From Candidatus Saccharimonadota bacterium (GTDB lineage Bacteria > Patescibacteriota > Gracilibacteria > BD1-5 > UBA2023), in the NCBI GenBank assembly GCA_963706795.1, contig OY970170.1, positions 900,001 through 932,000 of the forward strand: DNA of 32,000 nt, written 5' to 3'. Under the pieces are notes generated by a model. The model searched no databases. It had not been told where the DNA came from and worked only from the letters and a program-made list of their open reading frames with translations. The first letter of the stretch is position 1; the number at the start of each line of letters is the position of its first letter. The translations under genes and the position numbers were made by a program. Shown here piece after piece: positions 16,913 to 27,403 of this stretch.

Positions 16913-16987
16913 AGTATTTTGAAGGAATGTTTTCGTCAGTATATCCAACTTCACAAAAAAAGAAGCGAATGCCACAATTTGCTCCCG

Positions 16988-17015
16988 TTGACAGCTTCCA
17001 TCCTTGCAATACTAT
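16988..17015 (+). promoter_or_regulatory. candidate sigma-70 promoter for mscL
   Basis: TTGACA (16988-16993), 16 nt, TACTAT (17010-17015), about 22 nt upstream of the mscL ATG. Confidence 0.4.
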
Positions 17016-17036
17016 CGGGTAACTATTCCTTATTAC

Positions 17037-17486
17037 ATGTATATGACTTTTTTCAAGGATTTTAAGGATTTTGCTATGAAGGGGAATGTGATCGATTTGG
17101 CTGTCTGAGTCATTATCGGTACCGCATTTGGGAAGATTGTTTCTTCGCTCGTTGCTGATGTCATCATGCCATCGATCTGAGTGCTTCTCGGAGGATTAGA
17201 TTTCACTAAATATAGCTATACGGCGAAGTCGCTCTCAGGCGGAGATATCGTCATTAAATACGGCCAATTTGTTCAATCGACATTTGATTTCTTAGTGATT
17301 GCATTTGCGGTCTTTATCTTTGTAGTCTCCCTGAGTAAGGCTCTCAAAAAGCCCCTCAAAGCCGAAGCAGCTAAGCCCGCAGATCTCGCTCTTCTCGAAG
17401 AAATCCGCGATCTGCTTGCTGGCAAAAAACCAGAACTAAAGACAAAAACAGCAACCATCAAGACACCAAAAAAGACACAGAAATAG
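17037..17486 (+). CDS. mscL: large-conductance mechanosensitive channel
   Basis: M(YM)[53 protein letters not shown]. TGA at 17106 and 17178 sit at Gly positions conserved in MscL. Confidence 0.9.
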
Positions 17487-17496
17487 TCTTTTGAAC

Positions 17497-17529
17497 AAAA
17501 AAAATCGGCACTCAGTGCCGATTTTTTTT
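17497..17529. terminator. bidirectional intrinsic terminator
   Basis: aaaaaaaATCGGCACtcaGTGCCGATttttttt. Confidence 0.8.
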
Positions 17530-19747
17530 AATACTTCTTTTCTACCTTCGTTCCATTCAAATAGTAAGCGAGGATGGTTTTGTAATCCCAGCCTTTTTCT
17601 TTGGCAAAATACGTCGCTCCGATTCCTGAGACACCAACTCCGTGACCCTTGCGTGTGTGACCAACTCCGGCTGGATCATCAACGGATTGTAAAAATGGAA
17701 TATCTACACAGTTTTTGCCGCCATTGGATTCGCAGTATTCTTTTGCGGATCTTGTGCGACCGTCGGATTCATTAAAGTACCAAGGTTTAATCACTGATCC
17801 AGAATATGTTACCACCTGACCATTCGTCGCATCGACGAGCTTTGCAGTGTCACCCGAACGAGATTCGTAGCCATATCCGAGATATTTTTGGAATACTTCT
17901 GGATCATCTGAGCCATCATAGTCTTTGCCTGGGAATTTACGATTTGTAGGATCGGTATACCAAAGTGCATAGCTTCGGGCTGCAGTGAGGATGGTTTTTA
18001 CCTTTTCGGGATTATCTCCGTTGCTGATCTCGGCGAGACCTTTGAGATAGTCTTCGAGTGGGAGCTCGTTGATGAGTTCGAGTTTGTTGCCAGTAACGCG
18101 TACTTCGATCTTTCCTCTAAAAACATTGTCATTGTACTTGCCAGATGTATCCCATGAAGGCTTGTGATCCCAGGTGGCAATACGTACAAGATTAGCGGAT
18201 AGTGCAATCTTTTTACCAGTATATCGCTTGCCATCGAGTACGAGCTCGAGTTTGCCGAGGACCTTCTTTTTGATAACCAGTGAATTAGAGGTAATGCCGC
18301 CAACTGTTTGATCAAAGGTGAGTATCGGGCTGCCATCGATTGCCTCGAGGCGGAGTTGCTTCCAATCAGTGGGAGTTGAGAGTTTTATACGAATTGTCGG
18401 ACCCTTTGCGAGCGGTTGAGATGAGCCGGCAACTGCGGTATTCGTATTTGAAGTACTTGCAGTCAGCGTATCTGGTTTAACGATCGGATTATCTACGAGG
18501 GCGTAATTTTTGGTGGTGGATTCGAGATCTTGGGTAAATCCTGCAATTTTTGTATAGAGATTTATGCCAGGGCAGGCTGTGTAACCAACATCCCGATGAC
18601 CCACGAGCGAGGCACTGAGTGTGTCTTCTGTAATACAATCAGTACCAGATTTACATTCTCGATGGCCGTTGGTTTTGCCTGCGACATTAATGCCGTACTT
18701 TTTTGCAAGATAGGCGATCACATTCTTGATGCCATCTTCTTGATCTTTGTTGACGTTATCAACTTCAAAATTACCAATAACACTGATACCTACAGTACCG
18801 CTATTATTCCATGCTGCGTGTGCTCCGACACTGTAGTCTCCACCGGCTCGACCTTCATATATTGTACCGCGCTGTCCGACGACGTAGTTGTAACCAAGAT
18901 CGCCCCAACCACGAGTGACAGTGTGGTAGTAGTACATTGATCTCATGAGTGCCTCGTCAGTGCTGTCATTGACGAGGTTTTCGGCAGTATGATGGAGGAC
19001 GATTTTGCGAACATCCTTTGTTTTCTCGATTGGCCAGACGAGATTATGTCCGTCTTCGGATCGTACAACCTCATTAACGACATATTCCTCAGGGAATTTT
19101 GTACGAAGATTGGTCGAAATCTTCTGAATCCTTTCGTTATATTTTTGAGTCGCGTCAGGCACGGGATCATTTTTGTGCTTCTCAAGATTGTCGTAGTAGC
19201 TCTTCCATACTTTTGAGTCTTTGTATCGAAGCGATTCATCTGCACCCCATTCGGCACGACTGACGACTTTAAGACCATCTGCATGGACTGTGAGACGGTC
19301 AGGATTGAGAGTAAGGTGCTTGGTTCCAGATTCTGTATCCAAGGCTACGATTTCGCTACTTGCACCAATGAGCGGTAGCTTGCTATCAATTTTTACACTG
19401 ATCGTATCGCTCGGCGCAAAATTGGCTGGCGCCGTAAAATATGTTCCATCTAGCCCCTCATCTCCCTCGATTTCGAGAGAAGCGGTTTTTGTAATTTTAC
19501 CGTTGGAGAGGGTGATAGTGACGTCATTTTCGTTCTCAATTGGCGTCTTGGAATGTATCTTTACAACAAAACTCGTCTTCGCTTCTGCAAAGCTCAAATG
19601 CTGCACTGCATTGAGGCCATTCATAGCGCGCGTTTCGCTATTGTATGCGTAAGTTGTTTGTAGTTCGAGAGATCCAATGATTGGAAAAAATATCTCAAGC
19701 AACAATGCGGAAGCAAGGGAGAATGAGACACGCTTAAGACTTGTCAT
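17528..19747 (-). CDS. secreted peptidoglycan hydrolase: N-acetylmuramoyl-L-alanine amidase (Amidase_2/PGRP) fused to a SpoIID/LytB-type domain
   Basis: Signal-like N-terminus (MTSLKRVSFSLASALLLEIFFPIIGS). Amidase_2 motifs are IVLHHTAE...GWGDLGYNYVV...GHRDVGYTACPG. The SpoIID-like C-terminus reads AARSYALWYT...FQKYLGYGYESRSG...YFNESDGRT. No in-frame TGA in about 740 codons. Confidence 0.8.
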   Translation of the reverse strand: MTSLKRVSFSLASALLLEIFFPIIGSLELQTTYAYNSETRAMNGLNAVQHLSFAEAKTSFVVKIHSKTPIENENDVTITLSNGKITKTASLEIEGDEGLDGTYFTAPANFAPSDTISVKIDSKLPLIGASSEIVALDTESGTKHLTLNPDRLTVHADGLKVVSRAEWGADESLRYKDSKVWKSYYDNLEKHKNDPVPDATQKYNERIQKISTNLRTKFPEEYVVNEVVRSEDGHNLVWPIEKTKDVRKIVLHHTAENLVNDSTDEALMRSMYYYHTVTRGWGDLGYNYVVGQRGTIYEGRAGGDYSVGAHAAWNNSGTVGISVIGNFEVDNVNKDQEDGIKNVIAYLAKKYGINVAGKTNGHRECKSGTDCITEDTLSASLVGHRDVGYTACPGINLYTKIAGFTQDLESTTKNYALVDNPIVKPDTLTASTSNTNTAVAGSSQPLAKGPTIRIKLSTPTDWKQLRLEAIDGSPILTFDQTVGGITSNSLVIKKKVLGKLELVLDGKRYTGKKIALSANLVRIATWDHKPSWDTSGKYNDNVFRGKIEVRVTGNKLELINELPLEDYLKGLAEISNGDNPEKVKTILTAARSYALWYTDPTNRKFPGKDYDGSDDPEVFQKYLGYGYESRSGDTAKLVDATNGQVVTYSGSVIKPWYFNESDGRTRSAKEYCESNGGKNCVDIPFLQSVDDPAGVGHTRKGHGVGVSGIGATYFAKEKGWDYKTILAYYLNGTKVEKKY

Positions 19748-19806
19748 TTGCAAAAAAATGAGGAGTAGAGTAAGATGAACGAAACAGGTCAATAACACGG
19801 CATAGT

Positions 19807-20649
19807 ATGCTCATAAAGACGGAAATCAAGGACTTTGTCCGAAAGGTGTTGCTTCTCGGAATTCTTCTGTCCTTCCTTGTAAATTTTGCATTTAGCTATT
19901 TTACAAGTCTCTGAGGGGGAAGCAGCGCAAATGCTGCCTCCAAAAATGAACTCGCATTCAAACGTCAGGATGTGAATTATTTGGGCGACACTGGAGTCGC
20001 TCTTGCTCTCAATATTGGACTCGCGGACAAAGCTAAAAAAGATACACCAATCCGTCTCTACAGCGAAGTAATGCCTATTTCTGCTGTCCTTGCCGACAAG
20101 ACAACGGGATCAAAAAAGATTATTGCGTCGCATATGATCGCCGCTCAAGAGTACATGAATATTCTTCGAACGGACGTCAATAAGCTCCTCGATGGATCAT
20201 CTGATCGTCAGGCGATGCTCGAGAGTTTTATTGATCAGCTCAAGTATCGTGGTAAAGCAACAAATACGTATTTAGCGACACTCTCTTCTCAGAGAACTGA
20301 GCTCACTGCCGCCATTTCGAGCTCTACTGCCAAAATCGAAGAATATAAAACCACTCTCTCGACGGCCTATAAAAACATGGACTACGATCTCACGCAGGAT
20401 ACCCTCGACAAATATCTCGTTGAGAAACAAAACCAGACCTACGCACAGTCCTATCTTGTTTTTCTTGATAAATTCGTAGCAACCTACCAGGCACTCAATG
20501 CCTACAATCTCAAGCTCCTCGACACGATTACCAACAACAAAGAAGCACTTATTAAAAACGTAACGGTTGTGCTCCCAGACTCTGGAAGCGAGTTCATGAG
20601 CAAGCTCGAGCTCCTTCGTAAAGAGAGTGATACTGTTCAGGGACAATAA
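19807..20649 (+). CDS. hypothetical secreted/membrane-anchored helical protein
   Basis: ATG 19807 gives MLIKTEIKDFVRKVLLLGILLSFLVNFAFSYFTSL-G-GGSSANA... (TGA at 19912), in frame with ORF-track 19972..20649. The remainder is helix-rich with Q/K/L/T composition. Confidence 0.6.
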
Positions 20650-20727
20650 TCCTTCGTTCGTCAAGTTCACTGTTTTGCAACCACACAAAATCTGTGGTTC
20701 AATAGATACAAATCCAAACAAAAAGAC

Positions 20728-23055
20728 ATGTCCTCCCTCCTCGCCAACCTCGCTCGTATTTCGTCCCAAGTTTTTAAACTCGGGATGTTTTTAGTTCTTG
20801 TTTTTACTGTATGGGCCTCGCTTTCGGTCGAAGGCACACATACAGATGTAAATCATGCGACATCGATTCAGATCCAGATTGGTAGCCAGGAAGTACATGC
20901 AGCGACGGATCTTCAGATTGCGAACTCGAGCGCAGCAAGTCCAGCACTTAAGGCAGCAGATGGGCGTACCAGCACAACCCCTCCCGCTGATGGCAAAACT
21001 GGTAACGGACTCCTCGAATTTGCTAATGGAGCAGTGAGTTTCATATTCATGCTCTTCAATCCGCTCCTCATGCTTGCGGGTTGGCTCCTCACGCCAGACT
21101 GGGTTTTTGGAGAAGTATTTGGACTTCGTCCGATTTTGCATCAGCTTTGGGTGTTGATCTCTAATGTGGTCTATATCATCTTTGCGTTCATGCTTATCGG
21201 GATCGCATTCATGAATATCTTTGGAAGCGACAATAGCGCATGGCAGATCAAAACAAAACTCCCAAAGCTCATTATTGGAGTGATCACTGTGCCATTCACT
21301 TGGTTCTTAGTGAGCGCAGTGACGTCGATTGCGAGTATCCTCACAGCTTCGGTTATCCAGATGCCAGCTGATCTCTTAACGGGAGCAGCTGCAGATCTCA
21401 AGTTCTCAATACCAGCGACCTGTACACTCAATTACAAAAACGTCGTATCTTCACAAACCACCAAAGAAGGCACTGGCAATCTCTACGAATGCAGCAAAGA
21501 GAGAAAAGAACAAAAGATTGGTGACTTCTTTAAATCCGAGAAGAGTGCGTATGGTGTACTCACTGTTTACGCCTACAGCATCTTTAATCTCGATGATCTC
21601 AAGACAGTAAAAGAATTCAATTTTGAGAGCATGAAGACGGTCACGAATGTAGGTCTTCAGGTAGTGGTAGGACTTGTATTCTTTGTAGTATTTGCCATCC
21701 TCCTGCTTGCGATTGTTGCAGCGCTCTTCTCTCGAGCGGTCATGCTCTGGATTTATGCGATTTTCTCACCAGTTTTCTCGCTCAATTACTTCTTTGAATG
21801 AAAACTCCCATCAGGACTCGGTGATAAATTTGGGATTACAGGGATTATTAGTCTCGCACTCGTGCCAGTGCTCGTTGCAGGCTCGCTCTCATTTGGACTT
21901 CTCTTCCTCTCGCTCGCTAAGACAGCGCCAATTACTGGCTCGTCGACAGAGTTTGTAACGCTCGACAAATGTGCAGGCAAGGCCGATTGTCAGTCGATCG
22001 AATTTGGAACAAACGGTACCAAAGTAGAAATCATCGGTGCGCCAGTTGGATCAAATCCGATCACGGATGGCAAAAATTTTGCACTCGGAATCTTTGGTAA
22101 ACTCATCATCGAAATCCTCGCCCTCGTTGTCCTCTGGATGGCGGTCATGGCAGCGCTCAGATCCAACAAGATCACCGAAAGCGCCGTTGAGCCAATCGCA
22201 GCATTCGGAAAATCGCTCGGAGACCTCATGAAAAATATTCCAAAATACGCACCAATTATTCCGGTGGGTGGCGGTAAACGTATGGGAGTGCAGGGCCTTG
22301 CAAATCTCGGTTCTGGGCTCAATTCATCGATTCAAAATGCTTCGGCAGGAGAAGGTACTCGACTGGGTAATACCTTCGGTGCTGCTGTAGCGGGAGGTAT
22401 GGGGCTCGCGGTAGATGAGCAGCTCGCAAAAGTACGACAAGAAATCGCAAGAATGCCAAATGGCGGAAGTAAAGAACAGGTAGGTGCTCAACTCGAAAAT
22501 GTATTAAAGGCTGTCGCTGCAAAGAAGTCACTCTCAGAATTCTCAGCAGCCCCTGAATACCGTAAAGAATTCGCAGGTGCGGTCTCAAAGATCAGCGATA
22601 ATGTCATCAGCAAGGATAAAAAAGAAAAGATCATCAACCATATCAACAAGGGTAATGAAAAGGATATGGGTACAGCCCTCAAAGAAATCGAAGAGGCACT
22701 CGGAGCACAGAATTTTGGTGGACATAATGTTGAATTTGGAGATGTGGAAAAAACCAAGGAATGGTTTAAAAAATACAAAGAAAATGCCAGCGGTACTCCT
22801 TCAACTCCAGCCGCAGCCCCTATAACTTCTACGACGCTCGGAACTGGTCCAAAGACCGTTAATGTCAATCTCACAGACAACGCCGTCAAATTTGATCGCG
22901 CTGCCGGTGCGGAGCCAAAGGTAGATATCACTCTCCCAATAGCTGACAAAAAGGCCAAAAAGGCAGACCTTGCAAAGGCTGCGACCGAATCCGGAATGTC
23001 CGAAGATGCTCTCAAGAGCGCCCTCGCCAAACTCGGAGTCACGATCCATGATTAA
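20728..23055 (+). CDS. 775-aa polytopic membrane protein with a ~330-aa hydrophilic C-terminal region (VirB6/TrbL-like topology, speculative)
   Basis: ORFs 20728..21801 and 21862..23055 are in one frame, joined by TGA at 21799. At least six long hydrophobic helices are present, then a Gly/Ala/Lys-rich soluble tail. I recognise no catalytic motif. Confidence 0.6.
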
Positions 23056-23068
23056 TCTTCTGACGTAG

Positions 23069-23095
23069 AAAAAACCTCCAGCTGGAGGTTTTTTC
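23069..23095 (+). terminator. intrinsic terminator
   Basis: aaaaAACCTCcagctgGAGGTTttttc. Confidence 0.7.
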
Positions 23096-23128
23096 TTGCC
23101 TTCTTTTGCAAATGTGTAGCATACGGCC

Positions 23129-23707
23129 ATGTTCAAGCCCGAAGTGATTTCGCTTCTTGCACACCTCAGAGAAGAGCGTGTGCAAACCAAAACGCCTAAT
23201 GTATCAGACACAACAGGGCAGTATTTATATGATCTCATTTGTGAGCGCCAATATCGCAGGATTCTTGAGCTCGGAACTGCAAATGGTTACTCGACAATCT
23301 ATCTCGCAGAAGCCGCTCTCCAGATTAATGGGCATGTGCTCACAGTAGAGGCAAAACATCCAGTCTATCTCCAGGCACGCAATAATCTTGCGTCTTATCG
23401 ACATTGTGTTACTCAGGTCCATGCAGATGCTAAAGAATTCTGCAAAACTCTCTCCCGAGAAACCTTTGATTTTGCTTTTATTGATGCCGGTAAAAAAGAA
23501 ACCCTTGCATATCTCACGCTCGTCTGGCCTCGCGTTGCGGACGATGGTGTGATCATCGTGGATGACGTCGTAAAATTCGGAGAAAAAATGGAATGATTTT
23601 ACGAATTTCTTAGAGAGAAGGGGATTACGTATGAGATTATTATGACTGATCCTGACGATGGGATTATGCGTATCGAAAAATCCTCTAATCTCTGAGTTGC
23701 GATATAG
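23129..23707 (+). CDS. class I SAM-dependent O-methyltransferase (family 3, YrrM/caffeoyl-CoA OMT-like)
   Basis: ILELGTANGYSTIYLA (SAM motif I) and FDFAFIDAGKKETLAY...DGVIIVDDV. TGA at 23594 must be read through to recover the family's C-terminal strand (...DPDDGIMRIEK). A second TGA lies at 23693 and the stop is TAG at 23705. Confidence 0.8.
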
Positions 23708-23749
23708 CTCGTTTCTCTATAATGGACCGGTAAAATCTCCATTTCGAAT

Positions 23750-25051
23750 ATGATCGATATCAAACTTATCCGCGAACAAAAGGACCTCGTTGCCCAGGCA
23801 ATTCACAACAAAAAGGCAAACGTCGACCTCGATCTCCTCATTGAGCTCGATACAAAGCGTGTCCGTGCACAGCAGGAACTCGATGAACTCCGAGCTGAGC
23901 GCAACCGTATTTCTGCCGAAATGCCAAAGGGTGGCAAGCCAGATTCAGCCATTCTCGAAAAAGCAAAGGCCATCAAAGAATCCATCCAAACCCTCGAAGA
24001 ATCCTACAATCAGATCGAGTCTGATTTTATTACGCTTTACAAAAAAGTCCCAAATATCCCTACGGATGACACGCCAGTTGGTCTCTCCGAAGAAGAAAAC
24101 GTAATTGTGAAACAATGGGGAACAATCCGATCTTTTGATTTCCCAATCAAGAATCACGCCGAGATTGCTGAAGCCCGTGGTTGGCTCGACAAAGAGCGCG
24201 CCGGTAAAGTTGCAGGAACACGCTTTGGATACCTCAAGGGTGATCTCGTTCGACTCCAGATGGCACTCGTAACTTGGGTAATGGATACACTCTCTGATGG
24301 GAATGTTATTGCTCAGATCGTTGCAGAACACAAGCTCAATATCTCGACAAAGCCATTCACAGCTGTACTTCCTCCGTACATGATCCGTACTGAGCTCTAT
24401 GACGCTATGGATCGCCTCGAGCCACGCGAAGACCGCTATAAAATCGAGTGAGAAGATCTCTGGCTTCAGGGTTCTGCCGAGCACGTCCTTGGCTCGATGT
24501 ATGCTGGTGAGACCTTTGATGAAAAAGAGCTCCCAATCCGCTACCTCGGATATGCGACATCATTCCGTGCTGAAGCCGGTACCTACGGTAAAGATATGGA
24601 AGGAATCATCCGTATGCACCAATTCGACAAACTCGAAATGGAGAGTTTCTCAGCTCGCGAAACCGCCCATGATGAGCATCTACTCTTCTCTGGTATCCAA
24701 GAATACCTCATGCAGCAACTTGCCATCCCATACCAAAAGCTTCAAAAATGTACTTTTGATATCGGTAAGCCAAACGCGAAGGGTTCAGATATTGAGGCGT
24801 GGCTTCCAGGTCAGGACAAATATCGTGAAACACACACGGCTGACTACATGACAGATTACCAGTCTCGCCGTCTCCAGACCCGCGTTCGTCGCAGTGGGGG
24901 AGAGCTCGAGTTCGTTCACACCAATGATGCAACCGCATTTGCCTGCGGACGCGCGCTCGTAGCCATCATCGAAAACTACCAGAACGCAGATATGACCGTC
25001 TCTATCCCTCAGGTTCTTCAGGGATATATGGGCGGTAAAAAAGCAATCTAG
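23750..25051 (+). CDS. serS: seryl-tRNA synthetase
   Basis: N-terminal coiled-coil arm plus a class II core (RYLGYATSFRAEAGTYGKDMEGIIRMHQFDKLEM...TNDATAFACGRALVAIIENYQ). One TGA at 24449 gives YKIE-G-EDLWL. Confidence 0.93.
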
Positions 25052-25067
25052 TTCGTTAATCAGACAA

Positions 25068-25100
25068 TAAAAAACCCGTCTCAATGGATCGGGTTTTTTT
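25068..25100. terminator. bidirectional terminator
   Basis: aaaaAACCCGtctcaatggatCGGGTTttttt, between convergent serS and 25116..25691. Confidence 0.55.
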
Positions 25101-25115
25101 GTGTCGGAATGACAA

Positions 25116-25691
25116 TTATGCAGCTTCGTGCTGACGACTTTCAGAGTGCATCTCTGCGCTCATATGTGTCGACTTCTTTGGCATGGCGCCACCCATAAAT
25201 TCATGGATAGTGAGTGATACTGGAGTTCCGATCTGAATCGAAACTTCTTTTTGTATCGGGTCGTTTTGACCTTCAACAAATGTGCACACCAGAGAATTGT
25301 GACGGTAGATTTTTACCATCACGCGCATGTCTGGATCAAGGATTCCTGTTTGAGTCTTTGATGTCCAGGTGCATGTCGGCATGCGGGGCAATTTCATTGG
25401 CACTTTAGAGCTTTTTGCTGCTTCTTTCGCCTTCTGAATATTGTTCCTCTGTATTTCCTTTTCTTCGGGGGTGAGTTGAGCACTGACTTCGCCAGACACA
25501 CTCCCGATATTTGTTACTTCAGCGTGTAAGCCCGTAGTACTGATCATGCTGCTTATTTGGAGCAGTAATCCGCGCAGCATTAAGCCCCTCAGGCACGATG
25601 CTGCAACAAGCTTATTATTCTTACCTATGAACAGCGGTTGATCACTTTTAATTGTGACCTCACTTTTATCCAATGCTGATACTATCTTCAT
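25116..25691 (-). CDS. hypothetical protein
   Basis: 191-aa ORF with an AAGGAGAAGGAA SD before the ATG and a TAA stop. No family recognised. Confidence 0.55.
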   Translation of the reverse strand: MKIVSALDKSEVTIKSDQPLFIGKNNKLVAASCLRGLMLRGLLLQISSMISTTGLHAEVTNIGSVSGEVSAQLTPEEKEIQRNNIQKAKEAAKSSKVPMKLPRMPTCTWTSKTQTGILDPDMRVMVKIYRHNSLVCTFVEGQNDPIQKEVSIQIGTPVSLTIHEFMGGAMPKKSTHMSAEMHSESRQHEAA

Positions 25692-25872
25692 TTCCTTCTC
25701 CTTTTCCGTTGTGTGTGACTCCTATTCCACTTGGCAAAATGTCAAGCATTTGGTTGTTATATTCTTTTCACTGCGCTTGTCAACAGAGACACATAGATTT
25801 TAATTGTATAGTGCAAAAATTTGTTCGTTCTGAACGCTTAGGCTATACTGCTTTTATACCTTCAATACCGAC

Positions 25873-26631
25873 ATGCTGATCGCTTCTACATCGTGCTTTA
25901 AGGGCTACGGCCTTCACAAAACTTTTGAACTCATAAAGGCTTCTGGCTACGACGGAGCGGATCTTGTGCTTTCGGGGAGTGATTTTGATAGCGAGAATAC
26001 TGACTATGTCGCAAGTATCATCGCACTCACTGGCGTTCCAGTTATTTCGATCACAGCCTACGAGCGAAAAATGGACGCAAAAACGGTGGATCGCATTATC
26101 GAGATGGCGAAGCGCCTTGATGCAAAGCTCATCAATATTTTCCCACCACATCGTCTCGACAAGGATGGATCATGGTTTTCGGAATATCTTCCGGTTATAA
26201 AAAAACAAAATCCTGATATCGCGATCGCCATTATTAATGTCGAGCCAAAAACATTTTTGTTTTTTATTCCCGAATACAAAGACGCTACGCTTGCTTCGAT
26301 CAAAAAAATCACAGGGGAGACGACACTCCATATATCTAATGTCAATCCTGAGAGCGGAGTTGATCTCATCAAGACTTTTACAGTGCTTGGATCATCTATT
26401 GTTAATGTATTTCTCTCTGACAAGACCGGTACCAAAGAAGCACTCCTCCCTGGTAAGGGCGAAATGCCACTCGAGACTCTTCTTATCCGACTCAAAGAAG
26501 GAGGGTACAAACGCTATTTTACGCTCAAGGTCGGACCTAAAGATCTTGGAGCTGGCAATGATGAAACCGTTCTCAAACGAATGGCTGAGTCTCGTAAGTT
26601 TTTTGAGAAGCATTATAAAAAAGAGGCCTAG
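25873..26631 (+). CDS. sugar-phosphate isomerase/epimerase-like TIM-barrel protein (xylose isomerase-like fold)
   Basis: 252 aa. The pattern of alternating beta/alpha segments resembles AP-endonuclease-2/xylose-isomerase-like TIM barrels (...ELIKASGYDGADLV...MAKRLDAKLINIFPP...). Assignment is by resemblance only. Confidence 0.45.
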   Translation: MLIASTSCFKGYGLHKTFELIKASGYDGADLVLSGSDFDSENTDYVASIIALTGVPVISITAYERKMDAKTVDRIIEMAKRLDAKLINIFPPHRLDKDGSWFSEYLPVIKKQNPDIAIAIINVEPKTFLFFIPEYKDATLASIKKITGETTLHISNVNPESGVDLIKTFTVLGSSIVNVFLSDKTGTKEALLPGKGEMPLETLLIRLKEGGYKRYFTLKVGPKDLGAGNDETVLKRMAESRKFFEKHYKKEA

Positions 26632-26642
26632 GCCTCTTTTTT
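26617..26642. terminator. perfectly palindromic bidirectional terminator that contains both stop codons
   Basis: AAAAAAGAGGCCTAGGCCTCTTTTTT. The central CTAG supplies the TAG of the plus-strand gene (26629-31) and the TAG of the minus-strand gene (26630-28). Confidence 0.7.
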
Positions 26643-27260
26643 CTTGGTTTTGACGCGTTCATCGACGATTTCTCGGATACCGAGTTTGTCCTTGAGGTAG
26701 ATCGTATTTTTTTGAGAAAGGATCGACAGAACGAGTTTGTCATTAAATTCGAGGCGATCGAGGAAGTCTTCTTCACTCATGATCGCATATTTGATCTTGC
26801 GCCCAAAAAATGTTCGCTCCAAAAAGTTATTAAACTCGATGCGATCAACATCTCCTATAATAAATATATCTACGATCTGATTCGATGGTGCTGCCAAAAG
26901 ATCGCGGATTCGTTCCGAAACTGTGATGAGGCCAACGGTTTTCTTTCCTTTAAAAAACAATTCGATCGGTTCGATTGGATCGTAGTTCTTCATAAAGATT
27001 TCTAAAATCTCAGGGAAGATCACACAATTGCGATCCAAAAAATAGAATTTCTTTTTGTCCTGCTCTCTCGATCTAAGAAGTCCGATCTCCTCGAGATTCA
27101 TGAGCTCACGACGTATGGAGTTGATCTGTTCGCCCAAATCACGACAGAGTTCGCGTATAAAAAAACCCGTCTTTCCGTTACCGGTGGCGTGTTCTATCAT
27201 GAATTTTTCAAGAATCTTGGTGCGAGATTTCGAGCCAAAAAGCTTCGCGAGTACGATCAT
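26628..27260 (-). CDS. putative winged-helix transcriptional regulator with an uncharacterised C-terminal domain
   Basis: The N-terminus SKSRTKILEKFMIEH...FFIRELCRDLGEQINSIRRELMNLEEIGLLRSREQDKKKFYFLD has an ArsR/MarR-type wHTH pattern. Confidence 0.45.
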   Translation of the reverse strand: MIVLAKLFGSKSRTKILEKFMIEHATGNGKTGFFIRELCRDLGEQINSIRRELMNLEEIGLLRSREQDKKKFYFLDRNCVIFPEILEIFMKNYDPIEPIELFFKGKKTVGLITVSERIRDLLAAPSNQIVDIFIIGDVDRIEFNNFLERTFFGRKIKYAIMSEEDFLDRLEFNDKLVLSILSQKNTIYLKDKLGIREIVDERVKTKKKEA

Positions 27261-27347
27261 GGAGGCAAAATACGGGCAGACTCTACAAGTTTTTTTTGTT
27301 TTTTCAATCAGAAGAGTGCGACCCAGAAAATTACACGACTTTTCAAT

Positions 27348-27375
27348 TTGATTTCTCGCCCTCTCCTCATATAAT
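27348..27375 (+). promoter_or_regulatory. candidate sigma-70 promoter for rplY
   Basis: TTGATT (27348-53), 16 nt, TATAAT (27370-75), 28 nt upstream of the ATG. Confidence 0.4.
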
Positions 27376-27403
27376 CCTGCGGTCCCAAATTAATTTTTTT
27401 CAC

